64,000 nucleotides of DNA from Azolla caroliniana (GCA_043228905.1 JBHGNT010000012.1:8618001-8682000); one strand, 5' to 3'; shown: positions 10,332 through 23,500, counted from the stretch's first letter. Notes: generated by a model from the sequence alone, not told the origin. Numbers and translations are program-made.

Positions 10332-10750
10332 AGAACACCAACGGGCATGAGAGACCATGTCGGTCCTCGCCGAGAGTTGGAACATGAACACCAACGGGCG
10401 TGAGCAACCATGCGGCCCTCACCGAGAACTGGAACACGAACAAACGAGAGCAACCATGTGTGGCCCTCATCGAGAACTGGAATATGAGCAACCATGTGTG
10501 GTCCTCATCGAAAACACGAACAGGTGTGAGCAACCATCCGACCCTCACCGAGAACTGGAACACGAACAGACGTGGGCGACCATGCGGCCCTCACCGAGAA
10601 CTTAACACGAATGGATGTGAGTGACCATGTGGCCCTCATCGAGAACTGGAACATGAACCAACGTGAGCGACCATGTAGCCCTCACCGAGAACCGAACACG
10701 AACGGATGTGAGTGACCATGCGTCCCTCACCAAGAACTGGAACAACAACG
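10332..10750. repeat. Tandem array, right half (~9 copies)
   Basis: Same unit as 8675-9250, resuming after the hAT insertion. Confidence 0.9.
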
Positions 10751-11241
10751 GGTGAAGGAGTGCAAGTGAAGCGGTCGACTCGACTCCTTCTATAATGAGA
10801 GGGTAAATAGTCGAGGTTGACCCAAGACATGGCACAAACGGTAGCGCTAGCGAGAAACCCACGCGATCCCCACCAAGAAAGTGATCAGTTGTGACCCCAC
10901 CGAAACTAGAAGGTGAGCGATCAAAATTGGTCCTCGCCAACAGAAAGTGGTGCAAGACTTGAACTATAACGAGAATGCAATGCGAGCGAGCAATGATCCA
11001 ATCCCCACAAGGAAAGTGAGTGGTTATGACCCCCACCAGAACTGGGAAGATGAGCAATCAAAAGCACTCCTCACCAAAACCGTGATGCAAAATGATACCT
11101 AAAAATGATGACATGTAGTGTTGATGACGACGACGGATGGGCGAAGAGGTGCTAAAAATGATGTCGTCAAAGACAAGGATGTTGATGATGGTAACTCTGA
11201 AAGGAGGAACGGTGATGATGATAACTCTAGCCCTACACTTG

Positions 11242-11366
11242 TTAAACGATTTTGAGGTATTAAACGAATTTCGCCAGAAGGTAGTCTCAATGTAGCTAAT
11301 CTCCCTTCCTTGGCTACTACCTTTGCTGCTGCACCAGCTGCTCTGACCAATTGTCCGCCTTTCCCA
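11242..11366 (-). pseudogene. rpl2: Plastid rpl2 fragment (NUPT) inside E2
   Basis: Translates [41 protein letters not shown], the conserved uL2 C-terminal segment. Confidence 0.9.
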
Positions 11367-11793
11367 GAAGACGAGTAGTGCTCCCAGTTGGAAGGGATTC
11401 AAAGATTGAAAGGGACCAAGGATATTACAAGTATTTATACAATTTCCAAGATTGAATATCTCTAGAATATACTCGAGAAATATCTCGAGAATATACCCGT
11501 TTAGAATATACCATAGAATAATTCTAGAATATACTAACGACTAGAATGTTCTCGAATGTACTAGACACTAGACTCTACAATATATACAAGTTCACAATCG
11601 AATTTGGGTAGTTGACAAAAGTTTCCATATGGTTAACACAACATGATGTATTGTGTGTGTTAAAAGTCAGAGGTTTGAGTCTAGAATGTGACACTAGGGG
11701 GGCCTCCTTCCAACTACAACGCTCAGTGAGGCAAGGTTGTCCCCTAGCCCCATATCTTTATCTATTCATAACTGAGGCTTTCTCTGCCTACTT

Positions 11794-14700
11794 ACAAGCT
11801 CAACATCGGCTAGATCGGCCGAGCAAGCCGAGAACCGGATCGATTGGGACTGATCGGTTAGGCCGGACCAATGCGTAAATTGGTACACATAACATGGCCG
11901 TATCGGTGCGTAAAATGAATGCGTAAACGGTACACATACCAGTGCATAAACCGAAAGGCCGTTAGAGAGATATTCCTCGTAAGGAATAATTTTGGGAGTG
12001 AGTGTCAAGGCTCGTTTATGAGTAGTCAAGTATTGTCAATAATTGTGTCAGCCCGATTGTCAAGGCTTGTATAAAAGTGCTCACTGAGCACATCCTATGT
12101 ACAGATTGAGTATTATTCTTTGAATTAAGTTCTTGTGTTACTCTCTCTCTGTCTCTCCCGTGCGTACTTTGCAAACCTAAGCTTTCCATTAAATCTGCGT
12201 ATTTTCTCTGTGTTCGGTTTTCTATTGTTTCTGCACATAATCTTTTACATGGTGTCAGAGCGTAAGGGTTGAGAACCTCTACAGCCGACATAGCTTGAAA
12301 AGAAGAACCAACCAAGAAGAACAGGTAAAACCGATGGCTAGAGGCATGGCTAGCTCGCTTCCAACGGAGAAGCTCGACAGAAACAACTATGCATCTTGGT
12401 CCTACAAGATGCACCAGTACCTGCTCGGGCACAGTTACTGGAGCTATGTCGACGGAGCAAATGACACAGCACCCGAATCGACACACAAAGATTTCCCGGT
12501 GTGGGAACAGTCGGCGAGCAGAGTAGTGTACTGCTTCACGTCTTGCGTGGGCGAACAGCTATTAAGCTACATTCGGGATGCAAAAACGCCGAAGGGTGCA
12601 TGGGAAAATCTGAAGAAGATATTCGCCGCGAGCACCACAACCAAGAAACTTCAGCTCTGACAGGAGTTGAGCAACCTATGACAACACTATTTGTCGGTGG
12701 CTGACTATACCTCGAAGATCAAGGACATATGCGACTCCTTAGCTTCCATCGATGTGAACATCGAGGAAAGAGAAATGGTCCAGGTTTGTCTCGGGGGTTT
12801 GGCATCAAAGTTCGGAGCGTTCCGAACTACTGTGTGTACACGGGAGAATACGCCATCGTTTTTCGACTTACAGTCGATGCTCCTTATAGAGGAGAACCAC
12901 GCGGGTGCGTCGACAAGCACGCATGCTGACAGCAAGATGTTGTACACCGAGGGAGATAGGCCCCGTGGTTGTGGTGGACGAGGCGAGTCGGTACGCAATG
13001 GAGGCGGTCGACGGGATCAAGGAAGAAGGCACTGAAGTGATGCCAACAACAATTCCGGACCCTCCGGAAACAGGGGGAGTCGAGGCGACGAGAACCAGCA
13101 AGGGAGATCCGCCACGGAATGTTGGTACTGTGGCAAGAAAGGCCACAGGGAGAGCGAGTGTTGGAAAAAGTGCGCCGACTCGGAGAGAACTGGGTCCGGA
13201 ACAGGTTTCAGACAGACCGACAAAGGAAATCCGCAACGATCGCACTACGCCGAAGGATCCGGAAAAGCCGGAAAAGGGTCAGTCTTCGTGACGAGACACG
13301 AAGCAAACTCAATGAAGAAGACCACCCTGAAATCGGAGGAGGTGTGGTACATCGACTCCGGCGCGTCAAATCACATGACGAGCCATAAGGAGTGGTTCTC
13401 GTACCTAGAAAAATCGATGCAACCAAGAGTAGTCGCAACCGGAGACGACACTCCGCATCCGATCGCGAATGTTGGTGAAGTTCCCTTGAGACATATCGGG
13501 CAGAAAGGGAAACTTATGAACGTGTTACACGTTCCGACAATCACGAAGAACTTGGTGTCAGTCGGACAGATCGTCGACCAAGGGATGGAGGTCCGGTTTA
13601 CACACCTCGGGTGCTTCATTGAGGAAGAAAGCCATGTTATTGCACAAGGGCGCAGAGATGGGAGGATGTTCATCCTCGACTCTACTGAGGGTGGCACCGC
13701 AATGTTCACGAACGGACAAAAATTCAAGTCGGACATCAACTTATGGCACAAGTGGATAGGCCACGTCAACTACCAGCGGCTTCAAGACCTGCAATCGAAA
13801 CAAGTGGTGTTCGGATTGCCCAAATTTAGTGGCCGGAAGGCACAAATTTGTGAAGCCTGCCAGCTAGGGAAGCAACACCGACTTCCTTTCCCCAACGAGC
13901 GTAACTGGACCCGGAACAAGCTCGACTTGATACACTCCGATGTGTGGGGGCCGGCACAAAACGTTAGTCTTGGCAGGAGCCGATATTTCGTCTCCTTCAT
14001 CGACGACTACACGCGGCACACGTGGATCTACCTCATTGAGAGGAAGAGCAAAGTCTTCGACTGCTTCCGGGACCTCAAAGGGTTCGTGGAAACAGAAATA
14101 GGAAGAAAGATCATGTGCCTGCGGTTGGATGGCGGAAAAGAATACTTTTCCGGTCAATTCAACAGTTATCTACAACATATGGGAATTCAGCGTGAATTCA
14201 GTTGTAGATACACGTCGGAGCAAAACGGCGTGGCCAAGAGGAAAAATCGGTCGGTTGTGGAAGCGGCACAGGAAATGCTGGAGGAGAAGAGCTTGCCCAA
14301 GTTCTACTAGGCCAAGGCGGTAAGGACCGCGGTATACATCCAGAACCGGATCGGAGAAAAAGTGTCAGCGCATGAGCTATATTTCGGAACGAAGCCGAAC
14401 TTGCGACACTCACGAGTTTTCGGTAGCATTGCATATGTGCATGTGCCGAAGGAGAAACGGAGGAAGCTGGACGCAAAGGCCGAGAAGTGTATCTTGGTCG
14501 GTTACTTGGACAAGCAGAAGGGTTATAAGTGTTATAACCCGTGCACCAAACAAGCGCGCGTGAGCCGCGACGTTGTGTTTGATGAGTCCACGTCCTAGTA
14601 CTTGCCTCCGACTCCGGACCTCGCCTCCAATTTGAGTTCTGATGATGAGGTCAGCGAGGCCGAGATGCCTCCAGATGAGCCTGAAATCGGGACCCGCGAA

Positions 14701-17574
14701 CAGAGTCCAATTTCGTTTCGGTTAAGTGGACCAAATGGACGACTGAATCGTTTCGACCAGTCCGATGAAGAGTCGGCGAGTAGCAGAGACTCGGTCGTGC
14801 ATTCCCCGCGCAAGAAGCCGAGGAGATGGCTTACGCACAAAGAAAAAGGGAAGAAGAAGGTGTCGGATTATGGCACGGATAGGAACGAGTCGGATCGACG
14901 CGATTCTAACTCCGAGGGAAGTAACGACGGGTCTTCGAGACCGAAGTTCGCATCGGCCAAGAAAGCCCTCAATAGCGGCTGATGAGCAATTACACTGATC
15001 TACCCGCCAGAAGAACCCAGTTGTGCGGTTCGGATACAACAAGTACATGGCGCATCATTATGCGTACATGACCCGTGTAATGGAAGTGCGTGAGCTGGAG
15101 AGCTACGCAGAAGCGGCTAAGGACGCAAATTGGCGCGTCGAGATGGAGGAAGAGATGCATGCATTGGCGGAAAACGAGACCTGGGACCTGGTTGACGCAC
15201 CGAAGGGTGTGAAGCCGATCAAATGTATGTGGGTGTACAAGGTCAAGTACAACACCGACGGCTCGGTCAACCGATACAAGGCCCGGTTAGTAGCGAAAGG
15301 CTACGCGCAGAAACATGGCATCGACTACGATAAGACGTTTGCGCCGGTCGCGAAGATGATGACCGTCTGTGCCTTGCTCACGGTAGCTGCGGCAAAGGGG
15401 TGGCACTTACATCAGATGGATGTAAAGAATGCGTTCCTACAAGGTGAGCTTGAGGAACAGGTGTACATGGTACAGCCCCCCGGATTTCACTCTGGAACGA
15501 ACACGTCGGCAGTGTGCCGATTGAAGAAGTCCCTTTACGGACTTAAGCAAGCCCCGTGTGCTTGGAACGCGAAGATCACGCAGCAACTGCGTCGGATGGG
15601 CTTTGCAACGTCAAAATCGGACTCTTCCCTGTTCATCCGGAAAGGTCGACTCGGTCCGGTCAATATTTTACTATATGTTGATGACTTGGTCATCACCGGC
15701 GCTGACCTAGGTGAAATTGACCGTGTGAAGCTCCGGCTTGCGGCATCGTTCGACATGAAGGATCTGGGGGACCTTATTACTTCCTCAGGATCGAAGTGAT
15801 CCGCACCCCCGAAGGCATACTAATCAGCCAACGCCATTACGCGTTGAATATGCTCTTCGAATTCGGGATGGCAGACTGTAAGTCCGTCTCGACTCCTCTA
15901 GATCGAACCGTCAAGCTTCGCCCCGAGTCCGGTAAGGTATGCGACCCGACGAAGTTCTGATAGATAGTCGGTATCCTTATATACTTGACCATCACCCGAC
16001 CAGATCTCAGCTACCCGGTCAGGGTGATCAGTCAGTTCATGGCGCGACCTACTGACGAGCACCTTCAGTGTGCGCAATGCGTATTGTGGTACGTAAGCGG
16101 CACTAAGGACCGAGGACTGCTATATCGGTCCGATACAACCCTTCAGTTGGTCGGCTACACCGATGTCGACTGGGCCGGCAACGTCGTCGATCGCCAATCC
16201 ACGTCCGGTTTCGCGTTCTCTCTCGGGAGTGCCGCGTGCACCGAAGCTAAGTACCGAGGAGCGGTTGTCGCGACATGCGAAGCCATATGGTTGAAGCAGC
16301 TACTTAAGGACCTGCAAGAGGAGGTGTTTGATCCGACGACTATCTACTGCGACAACCTCAACAGCATCCAGCTCGCGAAGAACCCCGTTTTCCACGCCCG
16401 GACTAAGCACATTGAGGTGCACTACCATTTTGTCTGTGAACATGTTCTCTCCGGTGAAGTCGAACTTCAGTATGTTTCGACGGATCAGCAGACCACCGAC
16501 ATTTTCACCAAGCCTCTTGGTCTGGACAAGTTGCGGCAATTCTCGGGTGTGCTTGGATTGCGTCACCTCGACGTGCTGAACTTGAGGGGGAGAGATGTAG
16601 ATGTCCCGAATGACCATGGAAGGGGGAGAGAAGACCGCAACGCCGAGTCGGATGACGAATTCGATTTTGGATCGGCTGAAGAAGCCGAGGACGAATCCGC
16701 AGAAGACTCCAAAAGCGGATAGAAGGGGAGCAGCCAAAAGAAAGAGCCGAAGCCAACCAAGCATGGGGGAGATGACGCCGTCAAGGGCGAGAAGACCGAA
16801 GACGAGTTGGAGACAACCAACTCGGACGAGAGAGAAAACCGATCGGAGGTAGCCGAGTCAGTTTGGATGTTTGATTCAGATACACTGAATCAACCGAGGG
16901 CCGAGCGGAAAAGAAGGCAGCAGGAGAAGCGCCAACACCGCGACAACAAGGGAGCTGTGAAGGGCCGTGGAAGCAGACAAGCCGACCGGAAGGGTCGAAG
17001 CGCGCGGAGTCGAATAGGCCGAGGAGCGCGAGCGAGGCGTGGACCCAGGAGGAACCGAAGCGGTGATCTCGAAGATCCCGAAGAGCCTCAAGTTGAGCTT
17101 GAGGAGGAGTGTTGAGAGACAAGCTCAACATCGGCCGGATCAGCTGAGCAAACCAAGAACCGGATCGTTTGGGACCGATCGATTAGGCCGGACCAATGCG
17201 TAAATTGGTACGCATAACATGGCCGTATCGGTGCGTAAAATGAATGCGTAAACGGTACGCATACCGGTGCGTAAACCGAAAGACCGTTAGAGAGATATTC
17301 CTCGTAAGGAATAATTTTGGGAGTGAGTGTCGAGGCTCATTTATGAGCAGTCAAGTACTGTCAATACTTGTGTCAGCCCGATTGTCAGGGCTTGTATAAA
17401 AGTGCTCACTGAGCACATCCTATGTACAGATCGAGTATTATTCTTTGAATTAAGTTCTTGTGTTACTCTCTCTCTGTCTCTCCCGTGCGTACTTTGCAAA
17501 CCTAAGCTTTCCATTAAACCTGCGTATTTTCTCTGCGTTCGGTTTTCTATTGCTTCTGCACATAATCTTTTACA
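11794..17574 (+). mobile_element. Ty1/Copia element 2, near full length, degenerate
   Basis: 5' LTR 11794-12249 (first 9 bp lost), PBS TGGTGTCAGAGC 12250-12261, PPT 17099-17109, 3' LTR 17110-17574. Confidence 0.95.
12334..17115 (+). pseudogene. Copia-2 gag-pol with stops and frameshifts
   Basis: WYIDSGASNHM (PR); LWHKWIGH, CEACQLGK, LIHSDVWGP (IN); YKARLVAKG, QMDVKNAFL, LLYVDDL (RT); YTDVDWAG, YCDN, RTKHIEVHYH (RH). Confidence 0.93.
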
Positions 17575-20500
17575 AAAACTCAGGGCCTCTGGTTCAGTGA
17601 ACAAGAGAAACCAAGGTGGCATCCCCATGCTGATTTTACATGGATCCCTGATGGGGCAACGTTCAAGTACCTAGGATTTACAATGGGGAGGGCAATTCCC
17701 AAGGAAGCGCAACTATCCCATGTGCAAGCCAAAATAAGTAGGAAGTTGAACCAATGGAGTAGATCTAAACTATCCTTCGTTGGTAGGGTCCTTATTGCGA
17801 ACCAAGTGATACTCACCACCATGTGGCACTCGGTCTCATGTTGGATTATGGACCCGGCAGGTTTGCATGCGATTAAGGCTGCCATCAGGGGGTTTATATG
17901 GTCAAGTAAGGACAACCCAATGGTTGTTGCCAGAGTATCATGGCATTGGTTAACGCAACTGCGGGCCAAAGGGGGGCTTGGTTAACGCAAAGTTGTGCAT
18001 TGCTGGCCAAAATGGTGGTTCGTTGCCTTCTGCTGGGTAAGGGGTGTTGGAAGGTACTACTTCACAATAGGTTGCAAGCGGGGACTCCCAAGTATAGTAG
18101 GCCTTGGCCTAACTCCTTGAGTTGGTGTTGCACGAGCGGAGTCCCACCCAAGATCACTTGTCAACTGGAGGACAGGGTAACGAACTCCATCTTGCGGGCA
18201 TGGTGTCATGTGTGGCAACATTTGGTCAAGCACACCCCGGAGACACTAATCGAGTGGACTAGACAACCTTTATTTTGGAATCCTCATGTGCGAACAAGTG
18301 ACGAAATGATGTTAGGGCAGCTTAAGGGCCTAGCATGGGGAAAGTTGGCGTAGACAGGGCTTCACTCTATAGACGATGGGAGACGCATCATTGCTACAAG
18401 GGGAGCCCAGGAGGACCCATTCCCTCCCCTCAAGGGAGCTATGAAAATGCGAAGATTGATAACTGAGGCAGTTGATAGGGTTCCGATGGGGGAAGTGCGA
18501 GAAGATGCATGGTTCGATCTCTTTGATGAGGCTGGAATGGTTAAGTTGTTGAAGGGCGTGAGTGGATCGGGAAGAGATACATTTTCTGGGGAGAGGCAGA
18601 GTAGGGGTACTTGGCACCCAATTCGAGTGGTGGCACAGGTTGATAACATCTGGAAGATAGACCCAGATGTTACTAAGGTGGAACCCCATTGGAAGTTATG
18701 GGTATACGGTTCTTGTCCCCTCGTCAAACTAGAATGGGACCCAAGGGATTTCAGGTGGAAACATGATGGCAAACTCCGCCACTTCTTTGAATATAGCACT
18801 AAATTGGGGCGAACTTTATAACTGCAACTCGATGATCCCCTTCGTAATGGCTGGCGAACATTGGGCATCCTTGACGAGGTGCTCATTACCTTTTGGAAGG
18901 GTCTCTGGCGTCTCCACATGCCTGAAAAGATCAAGCTCTTTTGGTGGCTGATCGATCATAATGTGGTTCCCGTTGGCAAATGGCTAGGTAAAAGTGGCGA
19001 CCCGATAGGTTGCCCACTTTGCTCTTCACATATTGAGTCTCTAAGACACTGTCTTTGGGATTACCCTCAAGCTCAAAAGGTATGGGACAGAGTCACTCGC
19101 CTCCTTGCAGCATGTGAAGTGGAAGGAACAACATCGTGAAGTGTTGCGGCATGGATTGATCACTCGGTTGATAGGTGGATAGTTGGTGCTATGTATGCAC
19201 AAGAGGCAAAATCGTCAAGATCCATTTTGAGAGAGACTTGTTGTCCGCATCCCCTAGGTTCCTGGAAATTTTGAGGTTGATCACAAGCTTCACCTTGACA
19301 TGATATGTCTGGAAAGCACGATGCCTAAAGGTTTTCCAAGATCTGGTATAGCCCCTAGAGGAAGTGATCATGGATATATGGTTCACGCTTATCAGCTGCC
19401 TACGAGGGCAATTGGACAAGGTTTGCAACCACTCCAATGATGTCGTCATTGCTCGTTTGCGATTTTGGCGGAAATGGCAGAACACACCTATGGTGACGCT
19501 AGGAGGAAGTGGCCCGAGGTGGAACTACTAGCCCCCACGTTGGCTATTTCCTTCTCACATGCCACCCTCCCTTTGTTGTAGGCCCCAGGAGTCGGCTCAT
19601 ACTAACCGACACTAAAGGCCACCACGTTTAGCTAAAGGTATCTACTTACTTTAGGTAGTTAGTTTGAAAGGCTATGTAAGTAGTCTCATTTTCTTGAATC
19701 TCTTGATTGGAGGGAGATGCCCCATTTTGTGTATAAGCCTCCTTGTATAGTCTCCTTGTAATAATCCCTCCTAACTAATGGGAAAGTAGCTTCATTTTGG
19801 AAAAAAAAAAAAGAATCAAAGCCTATTAAAGTCTTTTCAAGAAAACAAAAGGGTGTGAATGAGGTTGGGAGATCTAAGTTAATATGTTGAGGTGAAGACT
19901 AATAGCTTGATTAATAAGATCATTCTACTTTTTGTCATTATGTCAATATTTGGCTTAGTAAAAACATGACCTACTCCAAAATCCTCATATGATTTCACTT
20001 GAACCATACATTGGATTGAAGTGTGATGCTCTTACTCCCACTCTTATCCATGGAAAAATATGCATAATTGACGAGGCTCCTCAATTTTCCCCAACATTCC
20101 ATCTCACATTGAAGAGAATATGAGCTGAGCTATATTGAAGCAATTATATTATGTAATCAAAGAAGAGCATACTATTCTAAGAGCCTTTTGGGTAATTTGT
20201 CTATACTTATGGCCCAAGAGTTAGACATTCACCAACTTCTATTGCTGCAAAAATTAATGCACTGTCATGATATAGTGTGTTCAAAGGGAGAAAAGCATGG
20301 AAAAGTGAAGTTTTACATTAGGTCGGATTTTGGTCAAAGTGATCACTACAAGAAAAAGTGAAAGAAAATCGAGAAAATAACAAAGCATTGTTCAATTGGT
20401 AAGAGCTAACAATTGGTAACAAAGGACCATGTTTAAAACCTCTCAAATGCAATGGAAAGAAAAAAAAAATGCGCTATAATATGTAAGTGTCGACAAAGCA

Positions 20501-23500
20501 ACATGTGGTATTCTGCAAAAATGATAGACATTTTGCCAATCCATGCACAAGATGATGATATGTTATAAAGGAACAACAATGGTACGTGTATAGATTATAA
20601 GGACCTCTACAAGCTGAAAAGGAAAAGCAATGATGCATGTAAAAGAGAGAATTCTAATTTTATCCAACAACAAAACTCCTTAAAGCTACATATATGCACA
20701 AGGGGCTCATTGTTGGGTTTGCTAGTTTTGGGATTTGGACACCCAAGTTTCAACAACAAAGGAAATCTTGGGGTGGCAAATCACAAGAGCATGTGGGAGG
20801 CCTACAACAACCAAGGTAATGTTATCATCACTCATAGACTTAACGCATTGAAACTCTAGGATATCTCTCCTAACACTCTTTTATTCTTATATGTCTTACC
20901 AACCTATGTAATCTAGTATTACTTTGGTTCAATTTGGCAAAAATCGATTGTTAATCTATGGGATTTATAATACAAATATCCTTGTAACGTACAGAAAATT
21001 GTTAATATCAACACAAATACACAAAACATTTCTAGCTCTGTCTTCACTCAAGCCCAACAATAGAGAGTTGTTTTTCCAACTCTAGATAGAGGTAGTTCCA
21101 TTGCATAAGTTGTTTTAGGTTCTAGTGTGCTTCTCTCTTAAGCATATGGCCATATGCTTAATCAATTCAACTTATAATTATTATCTGTGTGTCCTAGATT
21201 GTTGCTTGTATGGCTCATCAACTTATATACTCGATTTGTAAGTAGGGTTCCAACCCTATTGTAGGCCTAGGCCACGACCAATCCGTGAGTATTATTGCAG
21301 CATCAAACTCCCCTGATTTTTTGTAATGTCTATAAGCTATAAGGTCTTCCCTACCTCCCATGTTGGAAGTCTTCTTAATGTCATTAGAAATATGGGGATA
21401 ATGTTAGTTAGAAAAAGATATATTTATTGTATTATTTGGTTTTAAAGTTTTGCCACAAAAAAAAATAAAAAAAATTTGAGCCATCATATGAACTCCACCC
21501 ATCAAATTATAAAAATGTATTCACTTGTTTATTTCTTGATGGCATGAATTTATTCCTAAACACTAATGAGACTTAAGATTTCCAAAATGTTTGCAAGGTG
21601 AGGTTACCTGTGAGGTTACCTAACCCACACTCAATAAATTTTCAAGATTGTGCCTCTCTCCCTTGAGGTTACCATCAAATTGCCACAGCTTGATTGACTA
21701 CAAATTAACTTTTATTTGTGTTTAGCATTGCCCTCTGAATACATTATTAGTGAATTAAATAGTAGACTATTACATAGCCTGGCTACTACTCAACTATGTT
21801 CATGTAAGAGGACACTTTGTACATTCCACACTTTATTGGACATCATATATAAACTTTGATTTGAATGTCATCCACTAGACATAATAGATAATGTAACAGG
21901 ATGAAACATTGAATGCACTATCGATCATATGGTGTATGTATTTAATGTAACATTGCTCATCATTCTAGCCAAGGTATGGGCATCTAGACGATCACATACC
22001 CATATTCTAAAAGTATGTGAATCCAAGGTATAGGCTTAACATGAATTATACACATATATTACAAAAAGGTAGTTATTAATAGAGAGGTAAATGTCAAAAT
22101 ATTATAAAAATTCACAATGTATGTTGAGGCACTACGCTTGTAACTCGAAAATTTAAGTCCATTGTTGGCATTCTAGGGACAATTATATCCACAAGTACTA
22201 CATCGGTAATCATACGATCCAACTAACAAGAAAAAATATGGCACGTGCATTACACCCCATTCATCTTATAATTAATTGTTACCCACCCATTGATATTGGA
22301 AACTTCCTTGATGTTTTCCAAGGTATAGAATTAACATGAAATATGTACATAGTTCACAAAAAGTACCTACTATTTGTTACCCACCCATCGATATTGGAAA
22401 TGTTTTTGATGTTTTCCGAAGTATAGACTTAACACGAAATATCTACATAGTAGATGTCGAAGAATATTTCAGGAAATTCAATGGAATGTTGTGGATGTAG
22501 TAGAGGAGATTTGGTTGACTTTGGTGCATACACTAAAAGGAAAATGCGATGCTATCAACGGTGATTCAGATGTAGTATTTCGAATGCAATAGATTTTTAA
22601 GAAGAGATGGGAAATGATGAATGTCTTCTTCAAGGTTAATGGTTGTATACATTGGAGGTATCAACATCCTCTTTGGGTATTTCCTCCATTGACATGAGGC
22701 ATGTGGCCATGTACAACACTGGATAAGGGAAAGGAATTGTTCTTGGCATATGCTTTGCGCAACATGTACGTTTGTGGCAACCTAAGAGCAGTTGGAAAAA
22801 GGTAAAAATCTGTACTGAAGTTGTTAAAATATTTGAAAATGTCCATGTATCATGTAAATCATTTTGGTGGAAAAAAAGTAGCAGTTACTACTAGAGAGAT
22901 AAATGCCAAAAGAACATGAATTGCAATGTATATTTAGGCACTACCCTTGCAACTTGAAAAAGAATTATGGACATATATATTGTTTTAGTAATTCCATGAT
23001 TGGCAATCTTGGGACCATCAAATCCACAAGTACTACATTGATTGCAATCCAACTGCCAAGAAAAATATGTGACATGTGCATTACACTCCATTCATTTTAT
23101 GATTAGTTGTTCCACCCATCGATATTGGAAATGTCCATGAAGTTTTCCAAAGTATTTCTTGGATGTGAGATAGATCATAGAGCCTTTTAGGCAAAAGCTT
23201 CACTTGCCCTTATATTTATGATGATGTGCATAAGCCATACTTGAGACTACAAGCATCTAATATTCGAAATTGTTGACAAAAGTTACATCCCAAATTGTTG
23301 GCATGCAAGCTAACCTAGTGGTCCTCGCCGACATACACAAGTTACAACCTTCACTTCACTAAACTATCACTTTATATTCCGTTACAAATATCATAAACCC
23401 ATGTCAATGAAGGGGTTCTAGTAGCTTTCAACTAACAATAGATATCAAACACTCAAAGACATGTTTTGAATCACAATCAAATTGGTTGTCGAGTATATTG

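Larger units (their letters stand above)
8061..11693 (-). mobile_element. Non-autonomous Tcn1-like LTR element E2
   Basis: 3' LTR 8061-8536, truncated 5' LTR ~11406-11693, TSD TTAGG/CTAGG; PPT and chromodomain-tail remnant (8537-8670) homologous to E1; no gag/pol. Confidence 0.88.
7434..19812 (+). mobile_element. L1-clade LINE 1 (degenerate ORF2, 3' UTR, poly-A), in pieces 7434-8060, 11699-11793, 17575-19812
   Basis: DGLSRDFF, YKILAKVL, MLDFKKAYDRV, SVRQGCPLAPYL, KYLG, KLSFVGRVL, zf-RVT CPLC...ESLRHCLW; poly-A 19801-19812; colinear with LINE 2. Confidence 0.9.

Noticed and set aside
8675-10750. CRISPR-like look of the repeat array
   Set aside because: Units are similar along their whole length with no unique spacers; eukaryotic retroelement context; no cas genes.
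20344-20357. CACTACAAGAAAAA, resembling a CACTA terminus
   Set aside because: No matching inverted end or subterminal repeats found; context looks like a decayed gag zinc-knuckle region.
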